From: Tricharina praecox
Lineage: Eukaryota
Reading direction: 5' to 3'
DNA: 64,000 bases
Assembly: GCF_024521635.1 (NCBI RefSeq)
Contig: NW_026250447.1
Location: 62,001 to 126,000, forward strand
Below, piece by piece: positions 36,775 through 48,982 of the stretch (the stretch's first letter is position 1; every line of letters starts with the position of its first letter). The notes beneath the pieces were generated by a model that saw nothing but the letters and a program-made list of their open reading frames with translations, was not told the origin of the DNA and searched no databases. Both the position numbers and the translations under genes were made by a program.

Positions 36775-36960
36775 TATAGAAGAGAGAAAACATGCAGTGT
36801 CGTCAACATCGTCTTCCTAGCCGCTGTGCGAGGGGATGACGTTTTTTGCTTTGGTTTGATGCTGTCTATAGAAGAGAGAAAACATGCAGTGTCGTCAACA
36901 TCGTCTTCCTGGCCGCTGTGCGAGGGGATGACGTTTTTTGCTTTGGTTTGATGCTGTCTA
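36775..36960. repeat. Near-perfect 92-bp tandem duplication
   Basis: tatagaagagagaaaacatgcagtgtcgtcaac...ggtttgatgctgtc at 36775 and 36867, with one substitution (cctag/cctgg). Confidence 0.95.
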
Positions 36961-37044
36961 CGACGACCGATACATATGCTTTCACAAATTGTCACTCGTG
37001 CACAGCTGCGAAACAGGTGTTGGTTAATCATCAGTCATCACGCC

Positions 37045-37186
37045 AGCGGCGCCACATCGTACTGGCTGGTAACGGGGCCACAACCCCCGGCCGCCCAGAG
37101 TGGGCAGGAAAGAGTGGGCGGTTGGTGGTCGCCATAGTCTAGTAAAGCTGCATGCGACAATAAATTGATGTTCTCTCTCTCTCTCC
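37045..37186 (+). mobile_element. LINE 3'-end fragment, family B, AATAAA + (TC)n tail
   Basis: gcggcgccacatcg..caaccccc..gggcaggaaa..cgccatagtctag..gcatgcgacaataaattgatgttctctctctctctc; close match to 43996-44133. Confidence 0.8.
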
Positions 37187-37659
37187 ATCACAGACACTGA
37201 CGGCGGAGCTGAGGCGAGAGAAAGAGAAGGGCACCGCAGAGGTTGAGGAACTTGGATCACTTTTGCTATTCCTTCCCACGCCCTCTTTGGTATTTGTCAG
37301 AATATGGGACGTGCCGGAGATGACGATGTCCCTAGTATACTCTAGTGGAGCATCTGTCAAACTCTAGTCGCCCAGAGATCTCGGTACGAGTCAAGGTTTG
37401 GAGGTGGAAAATTCTCGACGGCCAGGCGAACTCTGATGTGCGGGCCCTGCGAACTCTGACGAGCGGCCAACTTTGTTCGGCGGCCAACCTTAGGTGGCCT
37501 CTCAGTCTTAAATAGAGGTCTTCGCCGTCAACGAAAGGGGTTTCTTCTGTATCGAATACTATTGTTATGTTTATCTACCTCTTATATTCAACATTATTTC
37601 CTATCGAAGAGGTAGGAGGCGAGGCGGGGTGAGAAGCGGACAGTTTTTTGTTCCTAGCC

Positions 37660-37866
37660 TAATTTCTTTGGTGCTCTCATATATCGTCGGGCATACCAGG
37701 GCGGAGGGTAGGGAAAGTCACAGCGGGCCGCTCGATGGAAGTTTGGTTGAATAGTGGCGTGGAAACGGGGGGTATACGGGTAGAATTAGATAGGTCACAA
37801 GCAATTATCGATTAAACAAAAGAAAAAAACGGAACCGTGGCTTGAACCAAAAATCTTCACCACCCC
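37660..37866 (+). mobile_element. LINE 3'-end fragment, family A, A-rich tail plus start of segment C
   Basis: gggaaagtcacagcgggccgctcga..agtggcgtggaaacgggggg..agataggtcacaagcaatt..aaacaaaagaaaaaaa, then gaaccgtggcttgaacc. Confidence 0.75.
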
Positions 37867-40800
37867 ATGTGAGGAACTTCTGGCCGTAGAAAGGCGCGCG
37901 ATAAACGATGCATCCTGCCAAACAGACCGGCTGAGACGTCAGTACTGGCCCAAGGGGAGGCTGGATGCCGTCGATATACACGTGTGCTGTCTTCAAGTGC
38001 TCTCAGAAGCAATTCGCGATATCAAACTAGGCTGTAATAGCAATATTTGACCGTTTTCAACCGCTAGGTATGGCGCCAACATCCGCGTCAGCAAATATCA
38101 CTCACTTTTCTATCACCTCTCGAATGTGGCTGACGTTCGATGAAACAGCTTCGGAGCTATTCCGTCATGTTAACCACAACTTTCCCTTTTCGTAAAGACA
38201 TCGATTGTGTTCCGAACTCTTGTAGAACGAGCTCTGGCACGGTCTGGTTACCAATAATCCGCCCTCCCCGGTGGCGGGGGGCTGGTTAGATGAGCACTGG
38301 ACCTGACCGCCTGGCAAAAAGACTTAGTAGAGCTGACTACCCGAAAACATATTTACAATTGGTAAACACGAAACGAGTACACTGCCCGTCCACCAAGTCG
38401 GAAGGCCGAAACCAAAATCCATGTACTGTCGGCAATCAAGGAACTGCCAGCCAACTGTACTACTACGACTTTCTACCACCAAAGTAATTCAATTAATTCA
38501 CGAATCTATTATCTAGGTACAGTACTCTCCGGATCTCTTGGTGATGAATCGTCGCAGCGACCTCTCACCCAGCTAACTTTCTTGTTCAAACGTCAAAGCT
38601 CCCTCTCAACATCCTCCTTCCCAATATCTTCCCGACGCCCGAGTGCCGCCTCAATCGTAAAGGCGTGTGACGTAGTGACGTAGAGGCGACCGCTGTTAGA
38701 GAGTCTGGGGCGGCACGGCGAAATTCGCTACTGTACCTATTGTGCGGTCAATCCGATGGTTACTGTGCCCGGTAACGACGTCCTGTGTTTCGACACCGAC
38801 AGTAGAAAGACAAGTGGCGAGAAATTTCTTCACTATATCTATTTACCAAGCCGGCCGGTCTTTGCGGAGTTTTGCGGGTACCAAGCTCGGCCATCCATCC
38901 ATCCAGCAGATGCCGGTCGTCTCAAGCGTGAGGCGACATCCGGCGCGGCCCGTTTCCGCACAGCCGGAAATGCTTTCGCAAAATCTAGCCGATCAGCTAT
39001 ACTAGTATACCGATGAATTGTGGATCTGCCTGGTATACTAGAATATATCCATCTGTCCGCGTTTCCGGCCTCGGGGGTGAATTCAGCGCGCGGCATTCGG
39101 CACCGGATTCGTGGTCGACTTGGCGTTGGGTTCGACATGGATGCGGCGTGGATACGGCCTGGACACGGCATCGATTCAACCTCGAAATAGCACTGCACTA
39201 GATTTTGCCGTCGTTCGGTGGGGGATTTCGCACTGCATTTGTTGGTGATATCGTATGGGACTTGCCACATAATTGGCTGTCGATTCAGGTGTGGAAGTTG
39301 GCGGGTGATTGTGGTGTTGACTATATTAACTGACAATTATTGGATATTCTGGTGCTAGCGGTGGCAATTCTTGCAGTATGGGCGATACCTACCCGTCTGT
39401 CCGGATGTTATTGAGAATTGAACTCTGGTCTGTTATCGGACCGCCATTTCTTATCTCCGTCTCCTAGAAGCCCCCACACCATACCTCCGCTCCGTTCTAG
39501 AAAGTTCCGGCACGTAGGCACCGACGTACCGTCGTCGAACTGACAGAAGCCGGGGCAAGGGAGTAGCAGTTGAAGGGTTCGACGACCCCAGTTCCTGGTT
39601 CTCCCCTCCCGCTGGCAGCCATGGGATGTGTGTCTCAGGTGGGCCCGGTGGTTCTTAACCGAGATCCGAACCCTGCACGCTCGACTGCCGCTCCTATGTT
39701 TGTATTTAGGCGAGCGGCTAGTGCAGGTACCATGGGCACTGGGTGGGGGATTGCGTACGCACCTATACGTCAGAGCATGGATAGCGTCGTATCCGCCGGC
39801 CAGATCGGATGGTGGTGTGTGGAGGAATGGGCCGCGGAAGTGATTGTTGCCGATAATGATGGAAATGGAAGTGGACAAGACGGAGCTTGCCGCACGTGGA
39901 AAGTCTTCTGCGGCGCAGGTAGGATGAATTGAAGAGGGATTTGTCCCTGTGGCAATATGAAGGCGATATGAAGGCGATATGAAGGCGGTCGTTGGCAAGG
40001 AATGGCATGGTCACATAAATCATGGTAACCATGATTTCCGCCTATGGAATGTGCTCGGTCTCGGATGAAGAATAGCAGTGTCGATACTATGACGTGAATT
40101 CGTGAAGCGGGACTCTACTGGTACCGAGCGCGGCCATTCTCGCAGGACCGCTTTGTTCCTAACGGTCGTATGAAATCAAGTATCAGCCCGAATACGCCTT
40201 CTCTTCTCTTACGACCTCGTATTTTTCGGATACAGCCCCTTTTCTCGACTATAGGCAGTCTTCCACAAAAGCAGACGGCCTACTCTCAGGAAGCCGCGAC
40301 AACTCAGCTGTGGTATGTCCCGAGTAGCTATGAAGTACGCAGGCACTCACGATAGCAGTCGGTGCGCAGAGATCGACATGGCGCTACCGTGCCGTGTCGT
40401 CGACGACGCCTGCAAGTGTCAGGGACAGGCCGCGTCCTCGTCGCCGGGATTAGCCTGCAGAATTACCGACAACTAACCGCCGGAACACATCCGACTGGCG
40501 AGCTACGCAAGGGAGTAGCCGCTCCTATCCACCACTTGAATCCTTTGGGATGTTTGTACATGAAGACGTATTTCCTAAAAGAGTATTGATTAATATATCG
40601 TCGTTACTTCAACCCGGTGGAAAAACCTTGGTATGTATTTCGCTTCAGCACATCTACAGGACGGAACCTTCACCGCAGGACAGCCCTGCAGCGATCGGGA
40701 ATTCAGCCTGGTACGCTGGGCACGAACCATCGATCCGTCGCGATTGCTCCACAGCATCTTCAGGATTCTCTATTACCCGAATAGTTCTTCACCGGTTGTA

Positions 40801-42257
40801 TCGGCAGAAGTGTTTCCACGGGTGGCGTGGCTGGATTGTGGAGTCGGCATATTCATATAGCAAGACTTCCTGTTGAGGGGTAGTTTGGTTCAGTTGGTAG
40901 GATGATGGTATGCAAATCATCACTCGGTCTGTTCCCATTGGTCCTGTAGGGATGTGTCTTCCCACTATTGAGAAGATATCTTTGGCGAACCAAGAGTGAC
41001 GGCAAGTGGAAGTCCAGACCTGTCAATCCTGTCCATAGTAAGTACAAACCAGTGGATCGGACGACCCTTCTGACAAACCCGGCAAGTTGCCGTTCTTGAT
41101 TAGGTGGTGCTGCGATATACGTATTTATCCCAATCCATCCCCGCTTTCTACGATACTCTACATCTACCTAATACTCCTTTTGTACTTCCCCTCAAAGAAG
41201 TATGGTGTATGGTGTACGTAAACACTCCACCTCTCGGCACAATTCCTCCCTAGAGCTAGGCAGTTGAACGGCAAGCGATCAGGCACTGCGTAGTTCTAGG
41301 AGCTTCCCATGCAGACCATAGCCAACAACTTCGGCTCCATGACTCTCAGATCTATTCGTGGTATCTTTCATGGGGGCAATGAATCAAGCCGAATGCTTAA
41401 CGCGATAGTACGTACCGCCACGAGTTAATACATACCGAATATATTTCCTCTTCAGCTCCTTCTTTTTGAGGCCTTCCGGATGTCGTATGGCACGTAAGAT
41501 GGTTATCCGATGTAGCCGTAGTTGATCTGATCATAGCTGAAGTTTCTGCGCTTCCTCAGAATGCCGTTCAGCTGTGACTATTGGCGTTCACGAGCTAGCG
41601 GCTGCTGGGGGATTCCGCCGACGTTGGGCACTTTTGAGTGGTTGGCGCTCCATCGTACTTCTCGACTTGTGTGATATGGCTTTGGCTTCTTTCCGTGTTC
41701 TACGTGAGTGTGCATCTGTTGCATGGAAAACTGCCGCTTGGTCGGCAGGTTCACAGACAATCACCCGCACATCGCAAGACCTCCGAAAGTCCGATTTCCG
41801 AATGCTACCCTACTTGTTCTGGAATACCTACAGTAACCGCGCATAGCTATCGAATGTTTCTGCATGTACTATGGCAATCATACGAGCTAAGAAACACAGC
41901 TGGATGAAGTATGTATGTTCGTGACCATTTTTGGAACTGAACACGCAAGTGCATGATAACCGAAGAACAGGTACGTGAAAGGAGAATACCGAACGCGAAT
42001 GGACGGTAGTTCTGGCTCCACCATTGTGGATATCCATTCGCTACAGTACGAGATGTCCTAGTGCTCTTGTGGATACTCCATGTTCTCCTTTCGGTCTTTT
42101 GGTGGGCCGGCGGCTGAGTGGAGTAGATTCAGCGGGCACAACAGCTAGCTTCAGCACAGCCTCACGAAGCACTTGAACGGTATACACGGAAAGGTCAGTG
42201 GAGACTTTGAATAGTGGTGGACTCTAGTTATCGGACGATGATGGCGACGAATAAGGT

Positions 42258-42265
42258 ATAAAGGA
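42258..42265 (+). promoter_or_regulatory. Probable TATA box of the tyrosinase gene
   Basis: TATAAAGG about 165 nt upstream of ATG 42423, followed by a CT-rich leader. Confidence 0.45.
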
Positions 42266-42422
42266 GTCGTCATTTCTCCTCCGAGAGATTGTTCTTCACC
42301 AGCTCAACAGCACCGGACAACAGTACAACATTCTCTCATAATCACCTCTCTTGACATTCCCTCATAATCACTTCACTTTCACCTCCCCATTCACTTTCAC
42401 CTTCACCTTCACTACTCTCACT

Positions 42423-43432
42423 ATGAAGTTCTTCGCTCTTCTCTCTCTTTCCACCCTCACCGCTGGGTTGGCCATCAAGCGCCAGACCACCAGCACCTGC
42501 ACGGACCCCGTGGTTCGCCAGGAATGGCGGTCCCTCACTGAAGATATGAGGTCCGAATACGTCGCAGCCGTCCAATGTCTCACCACCAAGGACAGTCGCC
42601 TCAACTCGACAATGTCTCTTTACGACGACTTTGCCTATGTTCACCGCGAGCTCGACACCACCAGTAAGCTTTCCGAGTTCCCTTTAGGGATCTGCTTACC
42701 CGTTCAACGAGCTGACCACACATTTAGTCCACGAGGTGTCCCTCTTCTTCCCCTGGCACCGGTACTTCGTTCAGACCTACGAAGACGCACTCCGCGACTG
42801 CGGGTACACGGGTCACGCCACGTACTGGGACTGGAGTCTCGACTACTCCGACCCCTTCTCGGCGCCGGTCTTCAACACCGACTCCACTGGCTTCGGCGGC
42901 GACGGCGACGCCACCACCACGTGCGTCGCTACCGGCGTCCTCGCCGACCTCACCGTCAAGGTTCCCGACACCCACTGCCTGCAGCGCAGCTTCAGCGCCG
43001 ACGCGTTCCTCGAGTACGCCGACCCGGTCATGGTCAACGCCACGCTCGCCATCACCATGTACTCGCTGTTCCGACCGGGTATGGAGGACGGGCCGCACAG
43101 GTCTGCGCACGGCGGTGTCCGCGGCGACATGCTGCACAACTACTCTCCCAACGGTAGCTACCACTCTCCCCCCATATTTCTGATGACAAGGCTAACGATT
43201 CACAGATCCGATCTTCTTTCTCCACCACACCAACGTCGACCGCCTCTGGTGGACTTGGCAGCAGGCCGATCCCGACACGCGCTTGACCGAGTACAGCGGC
43301 AACCGCTACCAGAACGACGCCGACACCGAGGCGACCATCACCGATCCGGTGCCCATGGTCGGCATCACCGACGACACCGTCGTCTCGGAGTTGATGTCGA
43401 CCGAGACCGGGCCCTTCTGCTACACCTACTAG
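42423..43432 (+). CDS. Secreted short tyrosinase / di-copper oxidase (PF00264-type)
   Basis: Signal peptide + KR; VRQEWRSL, YDDFAYVH, IHEVSLFFPWHR, YWDWS, GPHRSAHGGV, SPN|DPIFFLHHTNVDRLWW, CYTY-stop. Introns 42664-42727 and 43154-43205. Confidence 0.93.
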
Positions 43433-43995
43433 AGGGGGATGAGCTGAGCTACCAGAGATCCGGGGGTTGTGGCTGCTCTGGCGGATTGATTGATTGGCGG
43501 AAATCTTAATGGTGCTTTCTTGGATGGATCGGATTCTACCTGCCTAGTTTTGTTTGTTGCGGTTTTGTCACAGATGTTTTTCATATAGCTATTGTACGGC
43601 GCCGGTAGGCGCTAAGTAATAATGAAAACAATAGTATTGCTAGCCATTGAATGATTCGCTCCAAAGCCTGGCACAGGGAATTTTGCTTCATGCCATAAGT
43701 GTTTCCTTCGGCATATTTGACTGCCCAAGAACCAGCTATAGGTTTCTTTTAGACATCCGTCCCCTTTGGAGCCGTTATTAGGATGATTCGGGTAGATGTC
43801 GGCTGGCCCCACTGGGTGTTCGGCGCACAGGATATCACTCGAGCATCTGTGGATTTTGAGACCTTTGAACATGTGAATCGGGGCAGAACAAGACTGCACA
43901 GGAGGGTACTGTGTCTGTGACCGGTGCGAGGAAGTAAGAAACGAGGATTTGTAGTATATGTTCTTGGTGCGATTTCCTCTGTTATTTGTTTGGTA

Positions 43996-44133
43996 AGCGG
44001 CGCCGCATCGTGCTGGCTGGTAGCGGGGTCTCAACCCCCCGGCCGGCCAATGTGGGCAGGAAAGGAGCACGACGGTTCGCCATAGTCTAGATAGGTAGGC
44101 TGTATGCGAAATAAACCGATGATCTCTCTCTAT
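43996..44133 (+). mobile_element. LINE 3'-end fragment, family B
   Basis: gcggcgccgcatcg..gggcaggaaa..ttcgccatagtctagataggtaggctgtatgcgaaataaaccgatgatctctctct. Confidence 0.8.
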
Positions 44134-44149
44134 CTTACTGTTGAACATG

Positions 44150-44560
44150 TGAGGCCGGCGCGGGGGACAGGGAAAGCCACATCAGGCCGCTCGGTGAAAG
44201 TCGAGTTGGACAGTGGCGTGGAAACGGGGGGATGTACGGGGAGACATTGCCATAATCTAAACAGACCGCATGCAATAATGATCAAACAAAAAAAAGGAAC
44301 CCAGCTTCCTACTAAGAAGGGAGGGGGCGGGGGAGGCGTCCAAATAAAAACAAACGCCTTCACCACCACTCCCGGGTCGGGTAGCTTGGAAACCCCTCTT
44401 CCCTGTGTCGAACAGGGAGCTCTCCGCGGAGGGTGGTGGCCTAGCCGACAAGGCCACGCGGGGTTTTTTTTCTGAGTGGAGATTGCTGTTGACCTTCATA
44501 AACCACCAGCCGCCTCCGCTCTGCCACCTACCAGCGGGGTCCAACGGATGTGCGACACAA
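44150..44560 (+). mobile_element. LINE 3'-end fragment, family A, poly-A tail plus segment C
   Basis: gggaaagccacatc..ggacagtggcgtggaaacgggggg..ttgccataatcta..cgcatgcaataatgatcaaacaaaaaaaa, then sequence homologous to the reverse complement of 1700-1925. Confidence 0.75.
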
Positions 44561-45372
44561 AAATGGATAAGGTATTACCTACCCCAACCTATTCCCACTC
44601 CGCATGCTCTCGGTCGGTAGGATTCTTCCTTTCCTTTTACGAAACTACCTAGGTACTTACATAAGGTAGGTAGTTCCCACTATTCATGAACCATGACTCG
44701 TCGTATCCGCAAGTTTCCGCGACCACCGCCGCCGCCGGCCGCACATGGAAAATGATGAAGTCGGAGCACTGCAGGAAGGGCAGGAACTTATGGATATGTA
44801 GTACCTACTTTTGCAAGGGTTCTTTCAGCAATGCGTCTCCAGGCTACAAGTCGCCCAACACCCTCGCCCTCGCCCACGGTTCCGAATCCGAGGAGGAAGA
44901 TATGGCTGGCACTGGCATAGTATGAGCCACCACTTTCCCGTGTGACCAAGGGTGAACTGAGAAGGAAGTATACTATAGGCAACAGCATGGGGGCGGATTA
45001 CCCAATATTCCAATTCGTGCCCCACCTCACTGCTCAAAATGCAATGGCGTAGGTCATTACGCTTCTACGTGCCGAAAGGTGTATTATGTAGGGGCGGTTA
45101 CTCTTCAGTATGACTAGAACAGGAGAGAATAATCAAGCCAAGAGTCGGACAAGTAGGAAGAAACATACACGTGACAACAGTGAACAAACGAGTGATAATC
45201 ATGAAGGATGAACGAAACAAACGCGTGACAATTAACACAGAAGAGCTTCCACTGTTCGATACGCGCTCATAGAGGTAATGTGGTTCGTTTTTGCTAGTGG
45301 CTGGGCTTAGCATTTGCTTTGGGGATTCAACTTGTACTACGTTTTCCTTTTGTTCCGAGGTACTGATCGAAA

Positions 45373-45469
45373 CAGTGTTCTACATACCTAGATCAGACCG
45401 GTCGGCCTAAAATATTTTGGGACCAGACCATACCCAAATTTGGTCGGGTCTGGTCTATGTAGAACACTG
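45373..45469. mobile_element. Internally deleted 97-bp copy of the hAT-like MITE
   Basis: CAGTGTTCTACATA..cagaccggtcggcc ... ggtcgggtCTGGTCTATGTAGAACACTG; same termini as 17711-18161. Confidence 0.85.
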
Positions 45470-45476
45470 GGCCAAA

Positions 45477-45860
45477 AGAGAGAGAGAGAGAGATCTTCAA
45501 TTTATTTCGCAAGTAGCCTAGGTATCTAGACTATGGCAAACCTTTGGTACTGATCGAGCTTGTGGCGTTCGTTTCGGGGTTTAGCTCTTGCCTGCCGGAG
45601 TTTGTATGATCGATGTGCGGAATAGGTGCTCCCGGGACTGCTTGGTAGGTCTGTCGCATCACCAGCAATGGTCATCATCCCGCTTCTTAATCCACTTCAG
45701 GTACACCGCCGTGATGGCGTGCCCTGTCTTCAGCTGGTAGAAGCGGGCGGCAGGCTTCTTTGGCGCTTTGGCGGGGAGCTGGTCGGGGTCTTTTTCGGGG
45801 GCTGCCTGGTCTCGTACCGCCGATTCTTAATCCGGGTCAGTGACCACTTTTGCATGAAAG
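45477..45860 (-). mobile_element. 5'-truncated non-LTR retrotransposon (LINE, Tad1-like): ORF2 C-terminal zinc-binding fragment + family B 3' end with (TC)n tail
   Basis: The minus strand ~45790-45611 translates as KAPKKPAARFYQLKTGHAITAVYLKWIKKRDDDHCW*CDRPTKQSREHLF (QLKTGH..CWWC..EHLF signature, stop-disrupted). It is followed by gccatagtctag..gcgaaataaattgaagatctctctctctctctc. Confidence 0.85.
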
Positions 45861-45997
45861 AGGACCGCTATTGTCAATTCAGAGAGTGAGACCGAAGTAC
45901 CGAGTGAGATATTACAACAGCATGACTGACTAAGCGATTGAGTGATATATCATGACATTCGCATCCGAGACGTGGGCAATAAAGCAAATAGAAGCGT

Positions 45998-48982
45998 TTA
46001 CCACCAACCCCAAGCGCCGTACTCCTGCAAAAGTTTCGCAACCTCCACGTGACCCTCGCTTTTTGCGAGCCGAAGTGGTTCCCTCCAAAGCCGATCCGCA
46101 GCTCTAACATTCGCTCCTCTTTCGAGCAACACTCGCACCACATCGATGTGGCCAAACTTCGCGCCCATATGTAACGGAGTCCATAGGCTGGTGACCTTAG
46201 CCTCGATATCTGCGCCGTGATCCAATAATATTATAACCGTCTTATGCCGCCCCTGAGAAGCCGCCAGATGCAGCGGTCTTTGTTGCCAGTGTGCCCGGGA
46301 ATCGATGTTCGCCTTATGACTGAGTAGAAGTCTTACAATTGGGTCATTCCCGTTTCCCGCCGCGATATGCAAAGGTGTATAGGTATCGCATATGGACTCG
46401 ATGCTTGCGCCGCGCTCGAGGAGGAGCTTGGCCAGTGCTTCTTTTCCTATCATGCAGGCGATGTGGATGGGGGCCATGTTCTCTCCTGTATTCATCAAGA
46501 GGCCTTGTGGCGAACCGGTCGCTGTCAGTAGGGGGCGGTAGGTCTCGCATTTTGCATCGATGTTTGCGCCGTGGTCTAGCAGGATGCGTACCATAACCTC
46601 GTTCCCCGCTCTTGTCGCCTCGATCAGCGGGGTTTCGCGGTTGTTCATTTTGGAATCCACTTCTGCTCCGCGGTCAAGAAGGAGTTGTACCACGGGCTCG
46701 TGAGCATTCTTGGCGGCGAAGTGTAACGGAGTCGCCCAGTACTGGTTTTTGGCTTCGATGTCGGCTTTGTGGTCAAGGAGCAGGCGCACCACTTCTTCTC
46801 GCCCTTCGGTAGCTGCTGCGTGAAGAGGCGTACGTTGGTCGTCAGTCTTCACCTCGAGGTTCGCTTTGCCGGCAATGAGCTCTTTTATAACCCCGTCGTA
46901 GCCGTTATGAGCAGCGACGTGCAGAGGCGTCCATAGTGTGTTCGTAGGCGAATCGGGCATCGCAAAGCCTTCGTGCATCAAGACAGCCACCACTGATCGG
47001 TGGCCCGCCGCGGCTGCCACATACATCGCCGTTCTCCCATCGACCGTTTTGGCCTCGATATTAGCGCCTCTTTTCAACAGCTCTCTGACGATCGCTTCGT
47101 TTCCCTTGGCCGCGGCAAGATGTATCGCCCTACGACCATCAGTGGCGCTCGCCTCGATGTTCGCTCCTCGAGATAATAACAGCTTCACACAACGGTCGAA
47201 CCCGCAATCAGCTGCGGAATGTAATGGCGTGTAGAGATCGCTATTCGTCGCCTCCATCCCGGCCCCCCGATCCAGTAGCAGTCGGACGGTCCGCTCCTTT
47301 CCCACCCCCGCCGCACGGTGTAAACACGTCCACTGGCCCCGAATGATGACTTTGATATCGGCGCCTCGGTCCAGCAAAAGTTCCACTATAGCTTCCTGCC
47401 CGCTTTCGCTGGCGTAGTACAAAGCAGTTGATCCAGTGAAGTTTTTCGCGTGAATGTTGGCGCCCTTGTCCAGGAGGAGTTTAACGACTGGCCTGTTCCC
47501 AGCTGCCACGGCGACGGAAAGTGCAGTCTCATTCTTGTTGCCCTTTTTTTCGATATCCGCACCGTCTTCCAGCAGCTTCTCAACTACTTCCAAACTCCCC
47601 TTATGGGCAGCAAGGTGCAGCGAACTCCACCCACTTTTGTTTTGAAGGAGGTGCTCTTCCTCGGTGATCGAGAACCCAAGGGGGACCCCCGAATGGAAAC
47701 GTTTGGAGATGATGATTGGTGCTTCGTCACGGAATTGCTTGATCTTGTCCCGAGCGATGGTGTATTCCCTATCCACCTCACTGCTGAACTTGACCATCTC
47801 CGAGTGAGTCGCGTGGATTGGAAGGTCGTGGTAGGCGGGTTCTTCTGGGCGACTGCCTGTGGCGGAAGACCGGGTCACCAGCACTTGCGGCTTTCCGGTC
47901 ATCTTCCAGGAGCCATCCGATTGCTTCTCGGCAGTAGGGGACAGCAGGTTTTCGTAGAAGGAAACGATTTTCGAATCGCGGAAGCGGAAGTGCGTGCAAA
48001 AATCCCGATGCAGCATTTCGAGAAAATGAGATTCTGGTTTCAGCGCGCGCACCAGGTCCTCGTTCGGCTGTCCATGCACCATCGGAACCAAACTCTCCAC
48101 CGAAAGACCACGGTTCGGAACTCCATACGATAAAAGGCCAAGCGTGGAATTGAAGACTGCTTGACTTCGATCATCGCCTCGTGCGGCCTCCACCAGCAGC
48201 TATAGTTGTCAGTTGGAGCTACCAGCCACGACCGGGGTTGGGGCCTAGGGGACGAACGTACCTGCTTAACAACCAGACCTCCGAGGCTGTGCGCGATGAA
48301 TACCAGCGGGCGTTGTTTGATCTAGTTATGCCCAATATCAATCTCATTATTCACAGAAGAAAGATACGGGACGACCCACAGCATCATGGTCTCTCGCGCC
48401 CTTCAGCTCTTCCAAAAGCTCCTGCGCATAGGTACCGATGCCCGCAAAGCTAGTGCTTCCGACTAGTCCCGAGCTGAAGCCGTATGTCATGACTCTTAGT
48501 CCGGAAACATCCTCCGGCAGCGAATCGCAAAGCCACATATAGTCCGCCTTCTTCGCTTTCCAAGATCCGAAAGCGTGACCCCCCAATCCCGTCACCGCCA
48601 CAACACTATTCTCCCCCGCGATGCGTAAGAAACCAAAAGAAAGAAGATAAGTACAGTTAACTTACTCCATGACAATTTCTCCCTTCTCCCAGTTCAGCGG
48701 CGTAAGTCCCAAAAACCCACAATCAACCTGTAAATCCACCCTTTTCCCCTTAATCCCGGCTTTCTTCAATATTTCCTTCGGAATCTTGATCGACGGGCAG
48801 GGCGTCTGCTCGAATCCCTCGGGTACTTTCCCGAAGCTGACCAAAGCCACGCGCTTCCTGGGAGCATCGATGGCATTTGTCGCCGGGGCGAATGAAGCCA
48901 CCTCCGAATCGCCGCCGAGAAGCTCTCCGAGGTCGTCTTCATCTAGTTCTTTCGGGATGTTGGAGATTCGGAAGGATGTCAT
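45998..48982 (-). CDS. SesB-like alpha/beta hydrolase fused to a long ankyrin-repeat array (no NOD domain), multi-exon
   Basis: FRISNIP..VDCGFLGLTPL, D|VVAVTGLGGHAFGSWK, MWLCDSLP..RVMTYGF, RPLVFIAHSLGGLVVKQ, GVPNRGL, THSEMVKF, then ~16 ankyrin units (TPLHxAA..G...V.LLL..GA). Confidence 0.9.

Noticed and set aside
38100..41900. Scattered short ORFs between the TF and tyrosinase
   Set aside because: No recognisable domains or consistent exon chain; cannot be supported without searches.
45611..45790. Repeat-induced point mutation (RIP) as the cause of TE decay
   Set aside because: The TGG>TGA stop is not in the canonical CpA context and the TE fragments remain GC-rich; no evidence by eye.
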